Positions 1 through 7,768 of a stretch of DNA of 38,806 bases are shown piece by piece. The translations under genes and the position numbers were made by a program. Position 1 is the stretch's first letter; each line of letters starts with the position of its first letter. Source of the stretch: Gemmatimonadota bacterium (GTDB lineage: Bacteria > Gemmatimonadota > Gemmatimonadetes > Longimicrobiales > Gaopeijiaceae); contig JBDHGR010000001.1 of assembly GCA_039589815.1 (NCBI GenBank), positions 1 to 38,806 on the forward strand. Reading direction: 5' to 3'. The notes below the pieces were generated by a model that worked only from the letters and a program-made list of their open reading frames with translations, did not search any database and was not told the origin of the DNA.

Positions 1-899
1 ACTCGGGGGCCTTTCTGCTTGATCCCCTTTTCCACGTTTTTTCGGAAATTCGCCGCCAGGGCGGGAACGCTGAGCATGAAATGGGGCCTGACCTCTTTGA
101 TGTTTTCCGGCACGTTCCTGAGGTAGTCCCTGGCCGAGTTGCCCGCCTGGACCGCAGCCAGTTTCGCACCGTAGAACATCATGATGTAGATGCCCACCGT
201 GTGCCCGAAGGCATGGTCCCAGGGTAGGACGATAAGCGACCGCCAATGTGGTTGGATCTCCGTGACCATGGCGGCGCCCTGTTCCACGTTAGCCGTGTAA
301 TTCCTGTGCGTCAGGATGATCCCCTTCGGATCGGCGGTGGTGCCGGACGTGTAGCAAATTGTGGCCGGATCATCCTCCTCAACCCCTTTGAAGATGGCTT
401 CGAAGTCCTCGAAGTTCTCAACCAACCACTCATCTCCCATGTCCAGGAGACGATCTACCTCGATCTCGTCCGGATCCTTCGCCTCGCCGTCCAGAAGGAT
501 GATGGTCTCCAGATCCGGAAGGTCCTTCTTGATGGCCTCGACTTTGTGAGCCTGGTTCCCTGAGACCACCACCATCCGGCATCCGGAATGGGCCAATCGA
601 AACTTGAGCTCGGTGGGTTCGTTGATCTTTACCGAAATGGGGACGTTGATGGCGCCCGTGTAGAAGATCCCGAGCTCCGCCGTAACCCACAGGTTTCGGC
701 CTTCACTGATTACTGAGAGCCTGTCGCCCTTCTCCACGCCCAGAGCCAGCAGACCGGCCGCAAACCGATGGACCTCCTCCCGAGTTTCCCGATAGGTAGT
801 CTCCCCGTAGCGATCGTCCGACTTTTCCAGAAGGTAGACCTCGTCGGCAAACTGCTCCGCCCGGGTCTCCATGAGGTCGATCAACGTGCGGCCTGGCAT
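1..899 (-). CDS. Long-chain acyl-CoA synthetase / AMP-dependent synthetase-ligase (N-terminal ~299 aa; the 3' end runs off the window start)
   Basis: Not in the ORF track because there is no stop in the window. Hand translation of the minus strand from ATG at 899 is open to base 1: MPGRTLIDLMETRAEQFADEVYLLEKSDDRYGETTYRE...DPATICYTSGTTADPKGIILTHRNY...LPWDHAFGHTVG...LSVPALAANFRKNVEKGIKQKGP. YTSGTTxxPKG is the AMP-binding signature. Confidence 0.85.
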   Translation of the reverse strand, partial: MPGRTLIDLMETRAEQFADEVYLLEKSDDRYGETTYRETREEVHRFAAGLLALGVEKGDRLSVISEGRNLWVTAELGIFYTGAINVPISVKINEPTELKFRLAHSGCRMVVVSGNQAHKVEAIKKDLPDLETIILLDGEAKDPDEIEVDRLLDMGDEWLVENFEDFEAIFKGVEEDDPATICYTSGTTADPKGIILTHRNYTANVEQGAAMVTEIQPHWRSLIVLPWDHAFGHTVGIYIMMFYGAKLAAVQAGNSARDYLRNVPENIKEVRPHFMLSVPALAANFRKNVEKGIKQKGPR

Positions 900-1081
900 G
901 GTCGTCCTCGCTGAGGTTAGGGAGTGCACTTCCGCATGCTGGTTGTCGTTGCGCTCCCGCATGCTTAAGGGAGGCGGATGCCCTGAGCAAGTCCAGATGC
1001 GGGGCCCGCCACCCACGGACCCGGCCCATGCCGGTGAATTGTTGACCATCGATCGAGGGAGCTACTATCCTCTTTCGCCCG

Positions 1082-1102
1082 TTCCGCGGACCCTCCGCGG
1101 AA
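1082..1102. promoter_or_regulatory. Perfect 9-3-9 inverted repeat TTCCGCGGA-ccc-TCCGCGGAA, about 30 nt upstream of the S9 peptidase start. It could be an operator or a 5'-UTR hairpin.
   Basis: Read directly from the sequence. It lies in the divergent intergenic region between the acyl-CoA synthetase (start 899, minus) and the S9 peptidase (start 1131, plus). Confidence 0.3.
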
Positions 1103-1130
1103 ATGCCTCATCTGCCTGGGAGTCCCGGTT

Positions 1131-3302
1131 ATGCCTCGCCCTCAGCTGCTTCTCACCCTCCTTCTCATCGTCGCACACCCCCTGGTGGCTCAGGAAGCCA
1201 CATCCGGCCAGGGGCGGGCCTTCACCCCGGGGGACTGGTACCGGTTGACCAGGGTGTCGTCGCCCGCGATGTCTCCGGACGGAGGGCATGTGGCGTTCAC
1301 CGTGACCACGGTGAACGAGGAGGAAAACGCCCGGCATTCCGAAGTCTGGATGGTGTCTACAGGAGGTGGGGAGCCAATTCGTCTCACTTCCCCCGGTACC
1401 GAGAGCACCGGTCCTCGGTGGTCCGAGGACGGGACCCACCTGTTCTTCACGTCCAGGCGGGAAGGCGGCGAAGGCAGCACCTGGGTGCTCCGTATGGACG
1501 GTTCCCGTATGGGTGAGGCCTTCCAGATCGACGAGGGTCGGAGGGGATCGGAGCCCGCCGATGGCTCCTTCGTGGTGTGGACGGAAGCTGGCGCCAGGGA
1601 TGAGGAGGATGAGGAGGGAGAAGGTGGGGAAGAAAGGGCCGAAGAGGACCCCTTCGCCCGAATGCGACCCATGGCCAGGCCGCCGCTGGGAAGCGTAACC
1701 AGGCCCGTCGATCCTCAACGGTTCGATGGCATGCAGATCGTGGACTTCCCCTACAAGCGGAACGGATCAGGGTTCACCCCCAATCGAAGGGAACCCAGAA
1801 CATTCAACGCTGCCCAGATCTGGAAGCAGGTCGAAGGCGACACGGCAGAGATACAGCTCACCTCAGAGGTCTACTCCCATAGGAATGCCACCGTCTCACC
1901 GGATGGTCGTTGGATCGCATACGTGGCCAACCCGAGGTTCCTTCCAGACTCCGTCCTGCAGGCGGAACGGGATTCCATCTCCAAGCTCCCCTACGACGCG
2001 GCCCGGGACGAAGCCCCGCGAAACGACGCTGACATCTTCCTCCTCCCATCCGACGGTGGAGACCCCCGGCGCCTCACAAGGCAAAACGGCTCGGAGGGAC
2101 GCCTCGTCTGGTCCCCCGACTCGAAGCAGATCGCCTTCACCTCCCGCCTGGAGCGGACGACAAACAACAGGATCTGGGTGATCGACCTGGAGGGGGGAGA
2201 GCCCCGAAACCTGTTAGCCGGTTGGCAGTACGAGCCGGGCGGATTCGAGTGGATACCAGGAGGACCGATCGTCATGAACGCCTCCATCGGAGGCCGTTCG
2301 GCGCTAATTCACCTGGACCCCGAGACGGGTGAAATGGAGGAGGTCATCTCGGGCCGAAGGCGCATCAGCGGCTTCACCTATGACGACGACTACCGCCAGG
2401 TGGCTTTTGTGGCCACCTCCGTGCATGAACCTACGGAACTCTTCATCGCAGACCTGAACGGAGAGAACGAACGAAGGCTCACTGGCTTCAACGACGATCT
2501 GAATGAGGAGATCGCGTGGCCCAAGGCCGATCGGTTCACCTACGAATCCGTGGGGGGATTGGAGATCGAGGCCTGGCTTCAGTACCCCCACGGTTATGAA
2601 GAGGGGATGCGGTACCCAGTGGTTCTCTATATCCACGGTGGTCCCCACTCGGCATACGGAGAGGGGTGGTTCGACGAGTTCCACAACATCACCGGGGCCG
2701 GAATGTTCGTGTTGTACACGAACCCCAGAGGATCCGGCGGCTACGGTGCGGAATTTACCTACTCGACGCGGGGGCGTTGGGGAATGGAGGACTACGAGGA
2801 TCTCATGAGAGCGGTGGACATCGTCATCGAACGGCCAGATGTCGACCCGGATAGGCTGGGAGTGACGGGAGGGAGTTACGGGGGGTTCATGACCGCATGG
2901 ATCACCACGAAGACCGATCGGTTCAAAGCGGCCCAGGCCGACCGCATGATCTGCAACTGGTTCTCCTGGTACGGGACGTCGGAAGCCCAAGGCCTCACCG
3001 AATTCGAGTTTTACGGAAAACCCTGGGACAACCCCGATCTCTACCGGGATCTCTCACCGATCACGCACGTCGCCAATGTCACGACTCCCACACTCATCGT
3101 CCAGTCGGAGGAGGATCACAGGACGCCCATGACCGACGCCGAGCAATGGTTCATGGCCCTGGAGAAACAGGGAGTGCCCGTGGAGTTCATGCGCTATCCG
3201 AGGTCTACCCACGACCTCTCCCGGACCGGCGAACCTTGGCTCCTCGTGGACCGCCTCGGCCGGTTGAGGGATTGGTTCAGCCATTGGCTGATGGAGGGCT
3301 AG
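1131..3302 (+). CDS. Secreted S9 family serine peptidase (prolyl oligopeptidase / acylaminoacyl-peptidase type) with an N-terminal TolB-like beta-propeller
   Basis: 723-aa ORF with GGGAG 8 nt upstream of the ATG. Signal peptide MPRPQLLLTLLLIVAHPLVAQ. Repeated SPDG/WSPD propeller motifs. Catalytic nucleophile elbow VTGGSYGGFM, then QSEEDHRTP (Asp) and RSTHDLS (His). Confidence 0.9.
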   Translation: MPRPQLLLTLLLIVAHPLVAQEATSGQGRAFTPGDWYRLTRVSSPAMSPDGGHVAFTVTTVNEEENARHSEVWMVSTGGGEPIRLTSPGTESTGPRWSEDGTHLFFTSRREGGEGSTWVLRMDGSRMGEAFQIDEGRRGSEPADGSFVVWTEAGARDEEDEEGEGGEERAEEDPFARMRPMARPPLGSVTRPVDPQRFDGMQIVDFPYKRNGSGFTPNRREPRTFNAAQIWKQVEGDTAEIQLTSEVYSHRNATVSPDGRWIAYVANPRFLPDSVLQAERDSISKLPYDAARDEAPRNDADIFLLPSDGGDPRRLTRQNGSEGRLVWSPDSKQIAFTSRLERTTNNRIWVIDLEGGEPRNLLAGWQYEPGGFEWIPGGPIVMNASIGGRSALIHLDPETGEMEEVISGRRRISGFTYDDDYRQVAFVATSVHEPTELFIADLNGENERRLTGFNDDLNEEIAWPKADRFTYESVGGLEIEAWLQYPHGYEEGMRYPVVLYIHGGPHSAYGEGWFDEFHNITGAGMFVLYTNPRGSGGYGAEFTYSTRGRWGMEDYEDLMRAVDIVIERPDVDPDRLGVTGGSYGGFMTAWITTKTDRFKAAQADRMICNWFSWYGTSEAQGLTEFEFYGKPWDNPDLYRDLSPITHVANVTTPTLIVQSEEDHRTPMTDAEQWFMALEKQGVPVEFMRYPRSTHDLSRTGEPWLLVDRLGRLRDWFSHWLMEG

Positions 3303-3324
3303 CCAATCCCTGGAAGAGTCGGAA

Positions 3325-3369
3325 TAAAAAAGCCCCGGGTGCGATTCACCAACCGCTCCCGGGGTTTTG
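3325..3369. terminator. Bidirectional intrinsic terminator candidate between convergent genes
   Basis: The sequence reads AAAAAA-GCCCCGGGtGCG-attcaccaac-CGCtCCCGGGG-TTTT. A GC-rich stem (7 bp, one mismatch, then 3 bp) is flanked by an A-run on one side and a T-run on the other. It sits between the stop codons at 3302 (+) and 3412 (-). Confidence 0.5.
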
Positions 3370-3411
3370 CCAGTCTTGGCCTACGACTTCCGTCAGGTAC
3401 TGCCTCCTCCG

Positions 3412-4251
3412 TCAGGATCCGCCGGCGTTGACCTTCAGCTCCTTCACCGTGATGGTCATTTCCATCCCCTCTTCCCCACCCAACATTCCCGCCAGTTGCT
3501 CGATTTGGCCCTCGATCATCCCGCGCATCCCTTCCGGCATGTTCTCCATTTGGGCCCGCATCTCGTCGATCTGCTTCTGGAGCTCCGCCTGATCCACATC
3601 GGCGGCCTCGAGCATTCCCTCGGTGATCACTCGAGTTACAAAGGGATGAACGTAGCCATCCACCTCCCGATAGTCCTCCAGGAACATGTTCATGGTAACC
3701 GGAAAGAGACTACCGTCGTCCCGCCTGGCCTCCCCCTCCATCTGAACCTGCCGGAGGAGGAACCCATCTTCTACCATGGAATAGCGGAAGGAGGTTGGGC
3801 GGAAATCCTCGGCGCCCTCGCCTGCTCCTGGCATCCCGGGAAGATCCAACCCGGAAAAGTCGTCGATCAAAAAAACCAGAACCTCCTGGCCATCCAGCTC
3901 CTCGGTGCCCACCAACTGGGTCCGCTCCACCCACTCCTCTTGAAAGGGGTTGGACCAGTCCGCCTGGGCCATATCCTGAGGGATGGGGTTGGTCATTCCG
4001 GCCATGGTCACCGAAACCGGGACCAGGATAGGCGTGCCTCCGGCATCCCTCTTCTCCATGTACATGCTCATTTCCATGCCCATCATCTCCTGGACGATGG
4101 TCACGTTTTCCACGCCGGAAAGCCGCTCCGATTGAGCCGCCATTGCCCTCCTCATGAGATCGGCGGCGTCTTGGCCTTGAGTCGGTTGCGGCAAGAGCGT
4201 CAACGCCGCCAGGGCTAACCCGGTACGAATGGACACAACGCTGATTCTCAT
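3412..4251 (-). CDS. Secreted methionine-rich protein of unknown function
   Basis: 279-aa ORF with GGAGGAAG upstream of the ATG. The ATG overlaps the upstream stop (ATGA). Signal peptide MRISVVSIRTGLALAALTLLPQPTQGQ. I count 26 Met in 279 residues, clustered as EMMGMEMSMYME and EMRAQMENMPEGMRGMIEGQIEQLAGMLGGEEGMEM. There is no Cys and one His. I do not recognise a family with confidence. Confidence 0.75.
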   Translation of the reverse strand: MRISVVSIRTGLALAALTLLPQPTQGQDAADLMRRAMAAQSERLSGVENVTIVQEMMGMEMSMYMEKRDAGGTPILVPVSVTMAGMTNPIPQDMAQADWSNPFQEEWVERTQLVGTEELDGQEVLVFLIDDFSGLDLPGMPGAGEGAEDFRPTSFRYSMVEDGFLLRQVQMEGEARRDDGSLFPVTMNMFLEDYREVDGYVHPFVTRVITEGMLEAADVDQAELQKQIDEMRAQMENMPEGMRGMIEGQIEQLAGMLGGEEGMEMTITVKELKVNAGGS

Positions 4252-4637
4252 GGAGCTTCCTCCTTGGGGTCGGGCGCCAACGTGTCCTTCACGGCCTCCA
4301 ACACTTCATCACTGGAAAAGGGCTTCTGGAGGATGGCGTCGGCACCCAGGAGAGCGGCGTCACTGAGAGCCTGATCCCGTGAGAGGAGACCACCGCCCGA
4401 CATAGCCAGTACCCGAGCGTTCGGGAAGGTCGCCCGGATCTGCACGAGGAACTCGATCCCGTCCATTCCGGGCATAAAAATGTCGGTGATCACCAGGTCG
4501 GCCGGTTGTCCTTCATAATGCCGAAGGGCCACCGTGCCGTCCGGAGCCTCGGTGACGGAATGCCCGTCGGATTCAAGGATCTTCCTCAGCACCCCCAGGA
4601 CCCCGGGTTCGTCATCGATGATCAGGATGTCCGCCAT
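4248..4637 (-). CDS. Stand-alone response-regulator receiver domain (CheY-like, no output domain)
   Basis: 129 aa starting MADILIIDDEP. It has the acidic pocket (DDEP), the phospho-acceptor context LVITDIFMPGMDG, AMSGGG (Ser/Thr position) and LQKPF (Lys). GGGAGAGAGAAG sits upstream of the ATG. Confidence 0.9.
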   Translation of the reverse strand: MADILIIDDEPGVLGVLRKILESDGHSVTEAPDGTVALRHYEGQPADLVITDIFMPGMDGIEFLVQIRATFPNARVLAMSGGGLLSRDQALSDAALLGADAILQKPFSSDEVLEAVKDTLAPDPKEEAP

Positions 4638-4828
4638 CTTCTCTCTCCCAAGGGGAAAACAACACGGGTCTCAGCCCAAATAAGTTCTATCTCTGCCCAT
4701 CGATTGGCAACGGAACCGGTCTCCGATGGTCAGCCCCCGCCAGCGAGATGTGTGGGGCCGTGGGATCCCAGTACGAAAAAGAAGCCGAATGGTTCCCTTC
4801 TGCCGACGGATTCTACCCCTTCTCCGTT

Positions 4829-7429
4829 CTATTCGTAGAACAGGGCGTTAAAGAGCAATCTCATGGTCGAACGGGCCTGTGCCCGGTTATGTACATTAAA
4901 CCCGAAAGCCAGGACCCTGCCCTCCCCGACTGATATGTCCATGACTGCGGCCCTCTCCCTCAGGTACTCGTCCCCGATCATCCACCCGCTCAACAAGAGA
5001 GCTTCGTCTGGATAAGTGGCCACAATCTCGATCCGTTCTTTCTCCGCCACGTGTTCTTCGTCGGCGTCTGTGATCTCGTACACTCGCCCGCCTGAGAAGA
5101 ACACCATCCCCCTGCCGGGCATGCCGTAAGCCAGGGGATGGCCCGTGGCGAACTCCGCTTTCAGAATCGCACCTGGCGCGTTGAAGCTGTCGGCCGGAAC
5201 TCCCTCCAGCACGTTCTTCAGAGGAAGGTCGAAGTGCTCGACTGGGAGGTCACACGAACGGTTGTTGCAGACGAGACGCCCACCCTCGTTGACGAAATCC
5301 CGAAGTGCAACAATCCCCTCGTCTCCGATCCCTCCCACATAATCGGGTGGGACGGTCCCCACAGGGTGGCCGTCGATGATCTGCGATGCGCCCTGATCGG
5401 CGAAGACCAGGACATCGAACCGGTCATGAAGCTCACCGGCCCTGATCTCGGCATTGGTTACGGATTCAAACGGGATCCCATACGTGTCGAATACATACGC
5501 CAGCCACCCCGCATCCATGCTCGCCACCCAGGCCTTGTGAAGACCGATCCGAGGCAACCGAAGACGGGTGGTTTGAACACCTGGACTGCCATCGCTGAAG
5601 AGTAAGCCCGAGGCTTCTGCGATCTCTGCCATGCGCTGACCCGAAACGCCCCCACCCCGCACCACATAAGTGCCCATCGGGTACCCCTCCCCACCGAGGG
5701 TGAATGGCTCGTTCGCCCACCCCACGGTCGCACCCGCCTCCAGAAGAGCCACGGCAGCCGTGATGCTGGCGTTGTCGGTGGACCTGAAGACGAACGAGCC
5801 GCCTCGGGGAGCCACGGAGGACAGGTCGACACTTTCCACCTCGGTCAAGCCCACGGTCAGGGGGGAGGACATCTCCCGGTACTCAACGCCCATCTGGAGA
5901 GGGAGGGTCCACCCCACCCCGTCGTACGGGCGGAGCGGGCCACCCTCCCAGTCTTCAGGGTTCACCAAACCCTGCCAGAGATGGGAGTACTCGCGAAGGT
6001 CAGGGTACGCCTGTTTCTCGAAGATATTCTTGAGAAAGAGCCCGAAGGGTTGGCTCGTAGGCAGCACAAAGGTCCCTTCCGGGTACACGATCCCGTTGTG
6101 TTCGAAACTCTGGTCGGCAGTGTAGGCTTCGATCCCGTTGATCATCATTCGCTCCAGAAGGAGCGCCGTGCTGGTTCGATCGGGTTGGTCGGCCGGTATG
6201 ATATATCCATATGGGGGTTCGTCTTCGAACCGGGACATGACATCCGTCCCGGCCTTATATTTGTCATATATCAGCTCATACGTATATCGGGCCGCCACTT
6301 CCAACACTGCCTTGCACGCTGTGTTGTTATATGCAACGGCGTCGCCCAGGCGCCACCACCCACCGGGCCAGGGACTGGGATAGAACACACCTTTTGTCAG
6401 GTCCCTGTGGGCCTCCGGAAAATCATCCAGGGTGAAATGCTGGGGTGTGGCATACCTGTAGAGTTGCGTTTCGGTGAGAATCGAAATCACGTTATGAGCA
6501 TCCACAACCTGAGTGGCATAGCCTGGGTACCAGGTGTCGTAACGGATTCGTGATATCGCCCCCGGTTGTTCATTCTCTTCGAACGCTTTTCCCATGGCCG
6601 TCCCGATAAGGTTCTTCCACCTCACAATGAGAGGGTGGACGTTGGGGTTGGTGGGTTCCGCGTCAGGTGGGGTCCAGATCCGGGCTGGGAACGGACCGGT
6701 TTGATGTTGGTTGTATAGGATCTCCGGAAACCAATCCTGGGAATGGGCCCGGTTCATATTCCGGGTTTCGACCAGGTTCCCCATAAACGAGTCCCGATTA
6801 TTGTCATGGCCGACATATTCGTGATATAACCAGGGGATTGGGCTGACCTCGAAAGGCGTCCCGACATTCCCCATATACCAATCGGACACGATGGTCATTC
6901 CGTCGGGGTTTGCGAAGACCAACAGAGTAATGACGTTTTCCCGGATCATCTCCATCTGTCCGTCGGCTCCGGTCACCAGGTCGTAGGCCAACTGGGGAAG
7001 AAGCTGCGCCGGTGCCACCTCAGTTCCGTGTAGACCTCCGTCGATCCACACGAAGGCCTTCCCTTCCTCCGCCAGTCTCTCTGCTTCTTCATCGGAAAGG
7101 CCACGGGGAAGGCTGATGCGTCGGTTGATCTCCTTGAAGTGTTCAAGACCATCGAGGTTCGCGGCGGAGGAGATGACCCCATACTTCATCCGCCTTCCAC
7201 CCGTAGTCTCGCCCATGTCCAACACTATCATCCTGTCGGTTTCCGAAGCCAGCAGCTCGAAGTATCCGATGGCGTCCTCATAGGTCATGAGATGGAAGTC
7301 AGCTCCGGGTTTGTAGCCGAGGAACTCTTCCGGGGAGGTCACCTGGGCGGCAGCCCCTGAGGCGCTCCCGATCAACAGGGAAACCAGCAAGACGGCCATA
7401 TCTCCTATCGCCGCGTTTCGAGATCTCAT
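4829..7429 (-). CDS. Secreted M14 family zinc carboxypeptidase with a long C-terminal extension
   Basis: The track ORF runs to 7471. I prefer ATG 7429 because it is preceded by GGAGAGAGAG and gives the signal peptide MRSRNAAIGDMAVLLVSLLIGSASGAAAQ. M14 motifs are present: GGLHGTEVAP (HxxE), FANPDG, HDNNRDSF and ILTETQ (catalytic Glu position). About 450 aa follow the catalytic domain. Confidence 0.85.
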   Translation of the reverse strand: MRSRNAAIGDMAVLLVSLLIGSASGAAAQVTSPEEFLGYKPGADFHLMTYEDAIGYFELLASETDRMIVLDMGETTGGRRMKYGVISSAANLDGLEHFKEINRRISLPRGLSDEEAERLAEEGKAFVWIDGGLHGTEVAPAQLLPQLAYDLVTGADGQMEMIRENVITLLVFANPDGMTIVSDWYMGNVGTPFEVSPIPWLYHEYVGHDNNRDSFMGNLVETRNMNRAHSQDWFPEILYNQHQTGPFPARIWTPPDAEPTNPNVHPLIVRWKNLIGTAMGKAFEENEQPGAISRIRYDTWYPGYATQVVDAHNVISILTETQLYRYATPQHFTLDDFPEAHRDLTKGVFYPSPWPGGWWRLGDAVAYNNTACKAVLEVAARYTYELIYDKYKAGTDVMSRFEDEPPYGYIIPADQPDRTSTALLLERMMINGIEAYTADQSFEHNGIVYPEGTFVLPTSQPFGLFLKNIFEKQAYPDLREYSHLWQGLVNPEDWEGGPLRPYDGVGWTLPLQMGVEYREMSSPLTVGLTEVESVDLSSVAPRGGSFVFRSTDNASITAAVALLEAGATVGWANEPFTLGGEGYPMGTYVVRGGGVSGQRMAEIAEASGLLFSDGSPGVQTTRLRLPRIGLHKAWVASMDAGWLAYVFDTYGIPFESVTNAEIRAGELHDRFDVLVFADQGASQIIDGHPVGTVPPDYVGGIGDEGIVALRDFVNEGGRLVCNNRSCDLPVEHFDLPLKNVLEGVPADSFNAPGAILKAEFATGHPLAYGMPGRGMVFFSGGRVYEITDADEEHVAEKERIEIVATYPDEALLLSGWMIGDEYLRERAAVMDISVGEGRVLAFGFNVHNRAQARSTMRLLFNALFYE

Positions 7430-7716
7430 TGCTCTCTCTCCAATAGGATCAGGGCTCTCTTCCGTGAGCACGTGGACATCGAAGGTAGCCAGCCAGTGCT
7501 CCCCCTAGTCGTCGCCGCTGGCAATGCGGGGAAGGGTCGCCCGAGCGTGTCGTGCCGCTGAATCGAGAAGGATGCGCCTGACCGGATCATCCTCCGGCAG
7601 GGCTTTCGTGATGGGACGCATACACCAGGCCCGGCTTAGGTTCACACCATCCAGGTGAACGATCTTCGGGCCGGTCCGGTCTGAGACATTCGCCGCCCGA
7701 AGAAAGGAGGTCAGCT

Positions 7717-7732
7717 CCCCGGCTGCCCGGGG
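7717..7732 (-). terminator. GC stem-loop CCCCGG-gcag-CCGGGG 37 nt downstream of the S9 lipoprotein stop. Weak terminator candidate with no clear U-tract.
   Basis: A perfect 6-bp stem with a 4-nt loop, read from the sequence. Two further stem-loops follow at 7664-7702 and 7640-7660. Confidence 0.3.
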
Positions 7733-7768
7733 TGAGCGCCGTTCTCCGGCTCCGGGTAGAGTGGCGCT

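Noticed and set aside
7505-7621. 38-aa small ORF (MRPITKALPEDDPVRRILLDSAARHARATLPRIASGDD) in the S9/M14 spacer, and the 83-aa track ORF at 7587-7838.
   Set aside because: They have no Shine-Dalgarno, no motif and a composition like random high-GC sequence. The 83-aa ORF overlaps the S9 gene's 3' end.
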